The notes beneath the pieces are model-generated. The model was not told where the DNA came from and ran no database searches. It worked only from the letters and a program-made list of their open reading frames with translations. A stretch of 64,000 nucleotides of DNA, taken from NCBI GenBank assembly GCA_030390025.1, contig CM059432.1:124622001-124686000 (forward strand), in the 5' to 3' direction. This stretch comes from Squalus acanthias (Eukaryota). The translations under genes and the position numbers were made by a program. Positions 12,653-24,759 of the stretch are shown here, in pieces (within the stretch, counting starts at the first letter, position 1; each line of letters starts with the position of its first letter).

Positions 12653-13417
12653 GGGCCAGAAATTCGGGTCTCCACGGGTGAGTACGCGCTGTGTACTCAC
12701 CCGTAGACCCAACGAAAGTGCCAGTTTCACGCATGCACTGCGCATGCGCTGGAAACCGGAACTTCCGTTCCCTTGAAGGAAGGGGTTCGGAGGTCAAACG
12801 CGTGCGCCGGATAGGCAGCGCGCACACAGCAAACTTCCGTTTTTTTTACAGGTTTTGAAGTGAGGGTAAGTCCCTGGAAGCTGCGCGGGGGGAAAAAGCA
12901 GGCGCAAGGCCTGCTTTTAACAAGGTAAGTGGTGAATTAAGTGAAATTTAAACATTTTTTCCACAGGTTTATCTTTTTTAAATACTTTAAAGAAAGGTAA
13001 GTTTATTTTTAGCCCCGTTAAAAACTGTAATTAATTTTTTCAAAAATTTAAATTTTTGTTTAAAATAGTTAATTTATGTAATTTATAGGTTTTTTTTAAA
13101 TGTGATTTTTTTTTAAGTTATTTGAAGTTTTAGTTAGGTTTTGGGGGGTGATCTCTATTCATAGATTTGACAGGTCTTCCTGTCAAATCTATGAATGGAG
13201 ATTCCCTGCTCCGATTGGCTCTCCATGGCCCACATGATCCATGGGGACGCTTTGAACTAACTGCGCCCCTGGGATATGCAAGCACTGCACACCGGCAGCT
13301 GCAGGAGGCCCAGGACCAGAATCCCACGTGGGCCCACAGCACAACGGCAGGCGCGCTAGGTAAGTGAAGGTCGGGGGCTTGCACCCGCGGGAAGCCTCCG
13401 ACCCGAATTTCTGGCCC
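12653..13417 (+). mobile_element. 765-bp Harbinger-type MITE with promoter motifs, splice signals and hairpins
   Basis: TIR GGGCCAGAAATTCGGGTC / GACCCGAATTTCTGGCCC, TSD AAT/ATT; removal restores transposase RKN-I-MHVC. Confidence 0.9.
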
Positions 13418-13761
13418 ATTGTTCTTCCTGTGGTTATACACCAGCTGGACGTTAATGGAGTGGAAGCCCTTGCAGTTCACAAATACAGCTGGGTTGTGAT
13501 GGGGTGCCCTACTGGCCACATGTGTGCAGTCTACGATGCCCTGCACCCTTGGGAAGCCTGCCATATTTGCAAAGCCAACCGCACACGTGGTTACACTTGC
13601 TTCATCCATGGAAAAGTGGATGTAATTGTGCAACTTTGCAAAGAGGGCATCGGTAACCTGCGTGATGCAGGCGTGTGCGTCCGACTGGGAGATGCCGCTG
13701 ATGTCTGCTGCTGATCCCTGGAAGGACCCTGAAGCAAAGAAGTTGAGTGCGGTGGTACAAT

Positions 13762-14940
13762 TTTCTTTCGATAAGGTCCCGCATAAGAGATTAGCGTGTA
13801 AAGTTAAGGCACATGGGATTGGGGGCAAGGTATTGACTTGGATAGAGAACTGGTTGGCGGACAGAAAGCAGAGAGTAGGAATTAATGGGTCTTTTTCCGA
13901 GTGACAAGCAGTGACTAGTGGGGTGCCGCAGGGATCGGTCCTTGGACCCCAGCTATTCACAATATACATTAATGATCTAGATAAGGGAACTAAATGTAAT
14001 ATCTCCAAGTTTGCAGATGACACAAAGCTGGGTGGGAGTGTGTGCTGCAAGGAGGATACCGAGAAACTCCAGGATGATTTGGACAGGTTGGGTGAGTGGG
14101 CAGAAGCGTGCCAGATGCAATATAACATGGATAAATGCGAGGTTATCCACTTTGGTGTCAAAAACAGAAAGGCAGACTATTATCTGAATGGCAATAGATT
14201 GGGAGAAGGGGAAGTGTAACGAGACCTGGGTGTCCTTGTGCACCAGTCGCTGAAGGTAAGCATGCAGGTGCAGCAGGCGGTGAAGAAGGCAAATGGTATG
14301 TTGGCTTCATAGCGAAAGGGTTTGAGTATAGGAACAGGGATGTCCTGCTGCAGTTGTACAGGGCCTTGGTGAGACCACACCTTGAGTACTGTGTGCAGTT
14401 TTGGTCGCCTTATCTGAGGAAGGATGTTCTTGCCATGGAAGAAGTTCAGCGAAGATTCACAAGGCTGATACCTGGGATGGCAGGAATGACATATGAGGAG
14501 AGATTGGGTCGATTGGGCTTATACTCGCTGGAGTATAGAAGAATGAGAGGGGATCTCATCGAAACATATAAAATTCTGACAGGTCTGGACAGACTGGATG
14601 CAGGAAGAATGTTCCCGATGGTCGGAGAGTCCAGAACCAGGGGTCATAATCTAAGGATAAGGGGTAAGCCATTTAGGACAGAAATGAGGAAGAATTTCTT
14701 CACCCAGAGAGTGGTGAACCTGTGGAATTCTCTACCACAGAAGGTAATTGAGGCCAAGTCATTAAATATATTCAAGAATGAGTTAGATATATTTCTTAAA
14801 TCTAAAGATATCAAGGGATGTGGGGAGAAGGCAGGTACAGGGTACTGAGTTTGGATGATCAGCCATGATCTCATCGAATGGCGGAGCAGGCTCGAGGGGC
14901 CGAACGGCCTACTCCTGCTCCTATCTTCTATGTTTCTATG
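13762..14940 (+). mobile_element. 5'-truncated CR1 inserted in the Harbinger transposase
   Basis: FDKVPH...QGSVLGP...KFADDTK...[11 protein letters not shown]; tail tatgtttctatg. Confidence 0.93.
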
Positions 14941-16007
14941 ACTTTGACAGCCACTGGTAAGGTGTGTCCACCCGCTCCTCTGGGTTGCAGGTGTTGGTGC
15001 AGCATTGTGCAGATGTCAGCGACTACCTCTGGCGAAAGTCTCAGCCTCCTTTGGCACTGCTGCTCATTCATGTTGAGGAAGCTCATCCTCGGCCTGTAAA
15101 CCCTGTGTTTGGGGTATCTCCTGCGGCGCGGTGCAGCCCTGCACTGAGGCCCTCTGCCCTGTGCTGTATTATGTGGCTGAGGAGAAGGTTGCCACTCCTG
15201 CTGCTGCTGTTGTGCCTGATTCTGCTGCCGCGGCTGCTCTTCCTCCAATTCTGAGGACCAGGATGAGAGGGTATAAATGGTTCCCATTCCACTGGTGTGT
15301 ATATATATCAGTTGAGGAATAGATGTTATAAGCGCTCAGTCAGTGTGGGGAGAGGGCTTTCCAAGGAGGTCACAGTACATATGGTTCTCAGCTTAAACAC
15401 TTACAAGCTCAATAGACCTGCAAAATTTGTTCCAAAACCTCAACCCACAAAGTTCTAGCATCTGAAAGTCAGCCATGTTACAGGTCTGCTTTTATGCTGC
15501 AGATGCAGCTGTCAAGAATTCAGGTATTTGCTGAACCAGCAACAATCAGCTGGCGTGTTTGTCGCATGACGTGCAACACGCTGAAAATGTAGTAAAATGG
15601 GAAGAGCCCGTAAAAATAGGATTATCCAGGCAGTTAACAAGCTGTTAACTGCCTTAAGTGCCTCTCTCACCGCTTGGTGTCGGGTCTGATCAGGACTCGC
15701 AGACCCGACATTTTGCAAAGTTGCGTGGAGGCGGGATGGCAGCGGGTTCGCAACCCACCGTCAATCATTTAGATTTTCACTCCTGACCCGCCTCCAAACC
15801 CGCCCTCTGAGTGTCGGCAAAATCGCGGCTTAAGTAACAGTTCAATTCAAAAATCTACCAATCATATGCATATCTGAACAAATTACACAGCATGTTTGTG
15901 TTTGAATTTTATGGCTTGGCTCCTCCCTCAAGCAAACCGCTCAGCAACAACCGATATGTCCTCGCCACACTATCGAATTAGGCTAGGACATGGGGGGGGG
16001 GGGTGGG

Positions 16008-16630
16008 GGGGGTGTAATTTTAACCCTACCTGCCCAGTGGAAACCAGGCAGGTGAGCAGTTAGCATCGCACAGGTTACTTACCCACCCTAAAGCCGACTG
16101 GAGCTGACCAGTTGGGTTTTTAACCTGCTCAACTGAGTAGGCGACAAGGACACCAACCCAAAGTCAGTAGGGTCCTTTTTTACATGTGCATGTCTGGTCC
16201 CAATGGTATAATCAGAACACAGCTCCAATTTAAACTCTGCGGCCTGAGCGGGAAGCTGCAGTGAGTTTTTTGCAAGACAGGAAAGCACAACGAGGCCAGA
16301 AGAGACCCAAGAAACTTTTTTCTTACTTTCCTTGTGGGGCTAAGAGAAGCTCTGCCGAAGGCTCACACCTTCCTGGTCACGGGTCCCCCGTGGGACGGCC
16401 TTGGCAGCCGATCAAGCTCCTAGTCTCAGCGGGCAGTCTCTGGGCCGTGTGATTTTTCTGCCACTTCTCATCGATTCCCCCCACCTGGAACGGATGGGAA
16501 CTCTGTCGGCAGGATTTAAATGAGGCCAGGAGTTAGAGTACCGCAACCTAATTTCTGAAGCAGTGGGTGAGTTTCTAATTCACACTGCTACTCATCCACT
16601 GAAAAGTAGCCCGAAGTTAAATTCGGGGCG
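16008..16630. mobile_element. Degenerate Harbinger-type MITE
   Basis: imperfect TIRs gggtgtaattttaac / gttaaattcggggc; motif atttaaatgaggccaggagtta shared (inverted) with ~60480-60510. Confidence 0.5.
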
Positions 16631-16699
16631 ATGATTTTTGTGAGTGCAGCTGGTTTTTAACTCCTTATGTACCATAGGTGAATTAAAGAAGCTTAATTT

Positions 16700-18010
16700 T
16701 CATTATACTTTAACTAAAGAGCATTGAAAGGCTATCATAGCTTAAGGAGGAATGTCTCTACCATAATCTGCCCCATGTTCACGGCTGCAAGCTAGTACAG
16801 ATCTATTTGTTTGCCAGTGAACTGAGTGGAAACTTCATTATAGTTATCAACATTTCAGTGTCATTCCTCTCCATCACAAATTCTTTCAGTGATTCAATCG
16901 TAGGGTCACAGCTTGTATAGAAAACAGACATGCATTCACTGATAACTTCCTTCACAAATTCGGGCAGCTTGTGACTGCCATATGCTTCCTTGGGGCCGCT
17001 GTCATCCTTAACATCAACTGGGAATCCTGAATCCCAGAAGCACTTGACAATGGTCTCTGGTTTGACTTGATGCTCTGCTTTCCTAATCTAGTGAATGGCG
17101 TCTAGGACAAAAATGCATTCCAGCACATCCGCAACTCTGCTTTCAAAAACTGACAGCAGTGACAATGAGAACAACAGGAACTTTCTATAGTTAACCTTTG
17201 CATACTGTATTATGCCTTGGCCCTGTAGCTGGAAGGTTGAAGTGGTTTTCACTGGGGTGTAATTGATTCTAACACTGAAGTTTAAATGTGTCTGTTGCAG
17301 AGTGGCAGTCAGCCTTGTGAATAAAAGGAACTCAGCATTTCTGTTTGATCATTTTTAAATTGTATTCCTTGAGCTAATATGTATAAATTTCTCAATTCAT
17401 CCGTGCTTTTTTTGTTTGTGCAGCAGGTCACCAGATCAACACATGGATTGCAGCTTCTAACTAAAGGGATAGTAATTTCTCCTTCCATTCAATCAAATTC
17501 CCCTCTGGTTCATTGCAATTTTGTCAGTCAAGGTAAGTGCAGCAATATTATGATGCTTCTTAAAAAATCCAACCAGCCATCGGAAGCTCTGAATTTATTT
17601 AAAGTGAGTGAATGTGAGGATCTTTTCTTTCACTAATGGTCGCAGCAGTGGAATATTCTTGGATCTAACAAGCTACTGCATTACATTCACACGTTAATCC
17701 CTATAAATGGCCATTTTCATACCAATTCATTAATATCCTTATTTTCTATGCAGCATTGTTTTCATTTGCAGGCGATTTCAAGAAACTGATCTCATCACCC
17801 TTTAAGATAAGCTGTTGGATTTATGTCTTTTCCCATTTAAACTGTTGAAGCTTCTGGCCGTTCATTCCTCAACTGCCCGTTCCAGAGCTCAATATCCTTC
17901 CGCAATTGCTAACTCTGTTTTGGGCCACTTTGCCGCAAGTGTGTATTTTTTTTGTTCCGATTCACAAACCATCTTGAATGCTGTACACCCCTCCTACGTG
18001 TCTGCCAATC
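16700..18010 (-). mobile_element. Ancient Tigger/pogo transposase remnant
   Basis: manual minus-strand translation: FRASDGWLDF (HTH-CENPB), KKAxMN, TTSTFQLQGQGIIQYAKVNYRKFLL, VLDAIH*IRKAEHQVKPETIVKCFWDSGF. Confidence 0.8.
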
Positions 18011-18119
18011 TGAGAGCAGAAAATATATGCACTAAATGGTGTCGGACAATTAAGCAACTAACGGGAGGAGGAGGCTCCATGAACATCGCCATCCTCAATG
18101 ATGGCGGAGCCCAACAACA

Positions 18120-18335
18120 ACAACTACTAACATTTATACAGCGCCTTTCATGACCACCGGACGTCCCAAAGTGCTTTACAGCCAATGAAGAACTTTTTGA
18201 AGTGTAGTCACTGTTGTAATGCAGGAAACGCGGCAGCTAATTTGCGCACAGCAAGCTCCCACAAACAGCAATGTGATAATGACCAGATCATCTGTTTTAG
18301 TGTTGTTGATTGAGGGATAAATTTTGGCTAGGACA
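18120..18335 (-). mobile_element. Deu-domain SINE 3' portion
   Basis: matches 8420-8625. Confidence 0.8.
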
Positions 18336-18339
18336 GCAT

Positions 18340-20075
18340 AGTAAAATGTAGTAAAACATCCCAAGGCACTTCACAGGAGCGTTATCAAAAATAAAATTTG
18401 ATTCCGAGCCATATAAGGAGATGTTAGGGCAGATGACCAAAAGCTCAGTCAAAGAGGTAGGTTTTAAGGAGCGTCTTAAAAGAAGAAAGAGAAGTAGAGA
18501 GGCAGATTGATTTGGAGAGGGAATTCCAGAGCTTAGGACCTAGGCAGCTGAAGGCACGGCCGCCAATTGTGGAGCGATTAAAATTGGGGATGTTCAAGAG
18601 GCCAGAATTGGTGGAGCACAGATGTTTTTTTAATTTGTCCCTGGGATGTGGGCGTCACTGGCAAGGCCAGCATTCATTGCCCATCCCTAATTGCCCTTGA
18701 GAAGGTGGTGGTGAGCCACCTTCTTGAACAGCTGCAGTCCGCATGGTGAAGGTACTCCCATAGTGTGGTTAGGGAGGGAGTTCCAGGATTTTGACACAGT
18801 AACAATGAAGGAACAGCGATATATTTCCAGGTCAGGATGGTGTGTGACTTGGAGGGGAACTTGGAGGTGGTGGTGTTCCCATGCGCCTGCTGCCCTTGTC
18901 CTTCGAGGTGGTAGAGGTCACGGGTTTGGGAGGTGCTGTCGAAGGAGCCTTGGCGAGTTGCTGCAGTGCATCTTGTAGATGGTACACACTGCAGCCACGG
19001 TGCGTCGTTGGTGGAGGGAGTGAATGTTTAAGGTGGTGAATGGGGTGCCAATCAAGCGGGCTGCTTTGTCCTGGATGGTGTCGAGCTTCATGAGTGTTGT
19101 TGGAGCTGCACTCATCCAGGCAAGTGGAGAGTATTCCATCACACTCCTGACTTGTGCCCTATAGATGATTGAAAGGCTTTGGGGAGTCAGGAGGTGAGAC
19201 ACTCGCCGCAGAATACCTAGCCTCTGACCTGCTCTTGTAGCCACAGTATTTATGTGGCTGGTCCAGTTGTGTTTCTGGTCAATGGTGACCCCCAGGATGT
19301 TGATGTTGGGGGATTCAGCGAAGGTAATGCCGTTGAATGTCGAGGAGCGGTGGTTAGACGCTCTCTTGTTGGAGATAGTCATTGCCTGGCACTTGTGTGG
19401 TGTGAATGTTACTTGCATTTGCAGATTATCTCAGGGGATTGAAGGGCTGGAGGAGGTTACAGAGATAGGGAGGGGTGAGGCCATGGAGGAATTTGAAAAC
19501 AAGGATGAGCATTTTAAAATCGAGGCCTTTCTTAACTGGGAGCAAATGTAGATCAGTGAGCACAGGGGAAATGGGTGAGCGGAACTTGGTGCGAGTTAGG
19601 ACAGGGGTGGCAGAGTTTTGGATGAGCTTAAGTTTATGGAGTTTAGAAGATGGGAGGCTAGCCAGGAGAGCATTGGAATAGTCAAGTCTAGAGGTAACAA
19701 AGGCATGGATGAGGGTTTCAGCAGCGGATGAGCTGGGGCAAGGGCGGAGACGGGCAATGTTACGGAGGTGCAAATGGGTGGTCTTAGTGATGGAGTGGCT
19801 CTGAGATAGAAATTAGGGCATCAAAGGTGATGGAGAGGGTGTGATTTAGCAAATTAGTAGCTGCAGAAATGTCATGAGGGATTGTAGACCAAAAGCTAGA
19901 TACATGGGAATTTGAAAACGCAGTGGTAAGGGACATGAGGTAGAGTTTTTCCAGAGGCGGACACAGAAAGAAGTGGGGTAGGGAGCGGGAAGGGGAATAT
20001 GGGTAGAGAGCAATATAAGGAAATGATCAGAGATTGTCAGTGTTGATCAGTGTTTGTTACGGTGGAGGTAGCAAG
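18340..20075 (-). mobile_element. L2 LINE 3' region, interrupted at 18625-19418
   Basis: HLRNIARLRP...AETLIHAFVTSRLDYSNALL; 3' end matches 43075-43910. Confidence 0.85.
18625..19418 (-). mobile_element. 3' fragment of the single-ORF CR1/L2-group LINE family
   Basis: FNGITFAESPNINILGVTIDQK...QVRSVMEYSPLAW; same 3' UTR as 42720-42788 and 56040-56130. Confidence 0.88.
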
Positions 20076-21344
20076 GCCACATGAGTGCAAAAGACAAGGC
20101 TGAAGTGTTTGCAGCCAGAAATGCCGAGTGGATGATCCTTCTCGGCCTCCTCTTGAAGTTAGTGATATTTTGCAATGTACTCTGAATGATTACTCTAGCC
20201 AATTTATTTTACTTATGTTTATCTCAGAAAAACTCAAACAACTAGCTAGTAAAAGAGGTGAAATCTGGAACGATTGCACCATTTTTCAAATTTGAAAGGA
20301 AATTCTGAATAAAAGTCTTCAAATTAAATGTTTACTTAACCAGAACGTTTTAAAATACTGGAGCTAATAATACAACGATGGGCTCCAGATGCCCAGAAAA
20401 TCGGGTGTGGACGGAGGAGGCCTACACCGCACCAAAGGTACTTGGTGTGTCCCAATGAGGGCAGCGAGCACGAGGCGGGCTGGGAGCCAGTGTATAAGCT
20501 ACGCAATAGACTCATTTGACCCCTGATTTCTATTTAAATGAAGCAGCTGCCACAATACAGCCGGAGCGACTGAACAGCAGGTGCTGAAGCAGAAGCCGCT
20601 ATGAAAAATTACAAAAGCAATTTGGGCCCTTTGCCCCTCTGGCACCCTACACCCTCACCAATGCTTTTTTCCTGGTCCCACATGCCCTCCCACCCCCACC
20701 CCTACCCCCAATTGGGAAAGTGCCTCGTGCGCAATGGGCAGCCCTCAGCTGGCCGCTGGTGCTTCACATTGTCACCTTGGCACTCCTGACAGATCATGAG
20801 AATTGGCACCAAGTGCCAGCAAATTATGCAAAGGGACTCAACTCGCTTTATCCAGCGAGGTCCGCCCATTTGTGCAGAGGTGCACATAGTGCCTCTTTAG
20901 TACATGGTGCTCAGGCCACATTATCAGCCTCACTGAGTACTGTTGCAGAGATATTTGTTAAACAAAAACACAAAACATTAATCTATTCTTAAGTTTAATA
21001 TTTCTTGGTCCTCACTATAAAAACTGCACCCTGAACTTCCTTCTTCTGTGCCTTTTTACTTCACTCTGCTGATATTTCTTTCATATTTTAAGTGCAGCAG
21101 ATCAGCCCCAACTTTGCAGTGCAACCTGAGTTGTGATTATTGAAGGAGTTGTGGTATCATGTGTCCCATGTGGCCCCCTTTTTATATATTGTGGACCTTG
21201 CTTCATTTACACTTTAACATACCATGTAATATCACCTCACAAATATACAGTGGGGGTAATTTTTAACTTAATCTGCCCGGCAGCAAACTGACGGGATCAG
21301 ACCGGCTGCCTGTTTTATACCCTGCTTGATTTTGCTTTCCATTG

Positions 21345-21710
21345 ACTTCGGCTCTGAGTCAGAAGATACTAGGTTCAAGACTCAACCTGGATTTGAGCAT
21401 ATAATGTAAACTGACACATCAATGTGGTATTGAGGGACCGCTGCTTTGTTGGAGTGCCATCTTTCAGATGAGATACTAAACGATCTACATATGTACCAGT
21501 TCAGGTGGACATAAAAGACCGAATGGCAGTATTTGAAAGAGCACGGCGTTATCGTGGTCAACATTTTGGCCTTGGCCAACACCACCAAAAACAGATTAGC
21601 TGTGTCGTCACCTCAATTGTCTACATAACATGCACTTTGAAAGTAAGTTATTGACTGTGGAGCACTTTGTGAAATCCTAAGGCACAGATATAAATGTTAG
21701 TTCTTTGTTT
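21345..21710 (+). mobile_element. Degenerate Deu-domain SINE
   Basis: aggttcaagactc B box; ccatctttcagatgagatactaaac core. Confidence 0.7.
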
Positions 21711-22374
21711 CTGTTTCTTAAATTGTCATAAACATAAATTTTCATGAGCACATTTTGCAAAGATGCTGATGTATTGCACTGATATAACTGTTCTAACACA
21801 ATTTTAATTATGAAATTTTAGTATTCACTGTTATATGCAAGAAGCAATAGTTTATTATTTTAATTATTAGTAATGGGGGAGAACATAGGGCTGATTTTAT
21901 GAGGCTTTGCCAATGGCACAGAGCCTTGGTGATGACAGGAGCAGGTCGGAAAATCAGCCTAAGTACCCATACCTTCCAATCTTCCCATGCTCTCCAACCA
22001 CCTTTTATGACTCTTGCCCTGAATGCATATCCCACCCCAGCAAAGTACTACAAGGTTCAGTCTGTGCCTCTATCGGCATTCTCCAAAGGGCCCATCGAGG
22101 CTCCTATTGCTGACTGCTTATGCGCAGTAAACCAACTGCCCCGTCCTCTTCTCTCATCGACTTTCCCACACAATGGACAGGCTAGGGGATAAGTTCACCT
22201 ACTTCCTTCCTGTCCCACTCACACCACCCACCACAGCCCCTTGGACTCACCCAACAGATCAACACTCACTGACCCTTTCCCATTTCCCTCCAGGATGTTT
22301 GTTCACTCACAAACAAGGCTCTTGCCATCCACAACCTTATTGTGGATGATTGCGTTAACAACATGGCTTTGACA

Positions 22375-22751
22375 GAAATAAAAACAGAAAATGCTGGAAA
22401 TACTCAGCAGGTCAGGCAGCATCTGTGGAGAGAGAAACAGAGTTAACGTTTCAGATCGATGACCCTTCATCAGAACTGGAAAAAGCTGGAGATGGAACAG
22501 GTTTTTAAGCAAGTGTAGGAGCAGGGAAAGGGGGAGGGGAGGAAAGAACAAAAGGGAAGGTCTGTGATAGGATGGAAGGCAAGAAATACTTTTTTCTTCT
22601 CTCTCTCATGGCAGCTGTCTTTCATCCTGCCAGTGCCATTTACACTTCATCTAGAGCCATCTTTTGTTTCTTAACTTGTCCCATTACCATCTCATTTTGC
22701 CTCGCACCATCATCCCTTTTGTCTCTTAATCTCTCCTGCCTTCCATCCTAT
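22375..22751 (-). mobile_element. Penelope-like terminal-repeat fragment with internal inversion
   Basis: hammerhead at 22441-22476; 22567-22582 is the inverse of 22736-22751. Confidence 0.7.
22441..22476 (-). ncRNA. Minimal type I hammerhead ribozyme
   Basis: AGTT-CTGATGA-agggtc atc gatct-GAAA-CGTT-AACT. Confidence 0.75.
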
Positions 22752-23046
22752 ACTTTCCACCACCTGCCTGCCAAAGCCAAATTTCACCTTGGTCTCTCCC
22801 CCCTATTTGTTTTGGAACATTCTTCTCCTTCAATCACTTTGTTCCACCTCCCTAGCTTCTCCTTTAAAATCCTCGATCTCTACCAACTTCCCATGCCCCA
22901 CTTTGAGTTTCTTACCGATATATCCTCCCTCAGCCTCTGCACTGAGCAAATCCTCATCCTCAGTGATTTTAATCTGCATCTCAACTCACCTTACCTTCTC
23001 TTCTCTGATTTCACTACCCTCTTGCCCTTCCTTAATCTCTCCCATA

Positions 23047-24759
23047 TAAGATGTGGGTGAGGTTTTAAATGAATATTTTGCATCTGTGTTCACTCTGGAG
23101 AAGGACGATGTAGGCATAGAAATCAGGCAGGGGGATTGTAATATACTTGAACAAATTAGTATTGAGAGGGAGGAGGTACTCGTGGTTTTAGCGGGCTTAA
23201 AAGTGGATAAATCCCCAGGCCCTGACGAGATGTATCCCAGGCTGCTGTGTGAGGCAAGGGAGGAGATTGCAGGGGCTCTGACACAAATTTTCAGAACCTC
23301 TCTGGCCACAGGGGAGGTGCCAGAGGACTGGAGGACAGCTAACGTAGTACCATTATTCAAGAAGGGTAGTAGGGATAAACCAGGGAATTACAGGCCAGTG
23401 AGCCTAACATCAGTGGTAGGGAAATTATTGGAAAAAATTCTGAGGGACAGAATTAGTCTCCACTTGGAGAGGCAAGGATTAATCAAGGATAGTCAGCATG
23501 GCTTTGTCAGGGGAGATCATGTCTAACCAATTTGATTGAATTTTTCGAGGGGGTGACTAGATGTGTGGATGAGGGTAGTGCAGTTGATGTAGTCTACATG
23601 GACTTCAGTAAGGCTTTTGACAAAGTCCCGCATGGGAGACTGGTCAAGAAGGTAAGAGCCCATGGGATCCAGGGCAATTTGGCACATTGGATCCAAAATT
23701 GGCTTAGTGGCGGGAGACAGAGGGTGATGTTCGAAGGTTGTTTTTGTGACTGGAAGCCTGTGTCCAGTGGTGTACTGCAGGGATCGGTGCTGGGTCCTTT
23801 GCTGTTTGTAGTGTACATTAATGATTTAGATATGAATGTAGGTGGTATGATCAGTAAGTTTGCAGATGATACGAAAATTGGTGGAGTGGTAAATAGTGAG
23901 GAGGGAAGCCTCAGGCTACAGGACGATATAGACGGGTTGGTTAGATGGGCAGAACAGTGGCAAATGGAATTTAACCCTGAAAAGTGTGAGGTGATGCATT
24001 TTGGGAGGACTAACAAGGCAAGGGAATACACAATGAATGGTATCACCCTAGGAAGGACAGAGGGTCAGAGGAACCTTGGTGTGCATGTACATAGATCCCT
24101 GAAGGCAGCAGGACAGGTAGATAAGGTGGTTAAAAAGGCATATGGGATACTTGCCTTCATTAGCTGAGGCATAGAATATAAGAGCAGGGAGGTTATGATG
24201 GAGCTGTGCAAAACGTTAGTTAGGCCACAGCTGGAATACTGTGTGCAGTTCTGGTCGCCACACTATAGGAAGGATGTGATTGCATTGGAGAGGGTGCAGA
24301 GGAGATTCACCAGGATGTTACCTGGGCTGGAGCGCTTCAGCTATGAAGAGAGACTGGACAGGCTGGGGTTGTTTTCCTTAGAGCAGAGAAGGCTGAGGGG
24401 GGACCTGATTGAGGTGTACAAAATTGAGGGGCGTGGATAGAAAGGAACTTTTCCCCTTAGTAGAGGGGTCAATAACCAGGGGGCATAGTTTCAAGGTAAG
24501 GGGCAGGAGGTTTAGAGGGGATTTGAGGAAAAACTTTTTCACCCAGAGGGTGGTTGGAATCTGGAACTCACTGCCTGAAAGGGTGGTAGAGGCAGGAACC
24601 CTCACAACATTCAAGAAGCATTTAGATGAGCACTTGAAACGCCATAGCATACAAGGCTACGGACCAAGTGCTGGAAAATGGGATTAGAATAGACAGGGCT
24701 TGATGGCCGGCACGGACACGATGGGCCGAAGGGTCTCTTTTTGTGCTGTATGACTCTAT
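23047..24759 (+). mobile_element. 5'-truncated CR1, same subfamily as 535-6458
   Basis: RT ORFs almost identical to 3050-4660; tail continues at 25582-25590. Confidence 0.95.

Larger units (their letters stand above)
12128..15287 (-). pseudogene. Harbinger (HARBI1-like) DDE transposase, split by a MITE and a CR1
   Basis: [63 protein letters not shown]. Confidence 0.92.
9662..15830. mobile_element. Formerly autonomous PIF/Harbinger DNA transposon (convergent Myb gene and transposase)
   Basis: TIR GGCTGCGATTTT / AAAATCGCGGCT, TSD TAA/TAA (9659-9661, 15831-15833), both Harbinger genes present. Confidence 0.92.
18020..20160 (+). mobile_element. Fragment of the single-ORF LINE family (18020-18115 and 20080-20160) split by an L2 insertion
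   Basis: GGGGSMNIAILNDGGAQ | H-SAKDKAE continues across the gap; homologous to 57700-57830. Confidence 0.7.
22130..23046 (+). mobile_element. L2 LINE endonuclease-region fragment (continues ~25590-25800 after CR1 and MITE)
   Basis: pyrimidine-rich; ILILSDFNLHLN endonuclease motif; resumes aaactcttctacccatattcac after the insertions. Confidence 0.6.

Noticed and set aside
13130..14161. 343-aa ORF
   Set aside because: Chance chimera of antisense CR1, Harbinger transposase and MITE sequence.
15992..16012. Poly-G run or G-quadruplex
   Set aside because: Homopolymer expansion at a MITE terminus.
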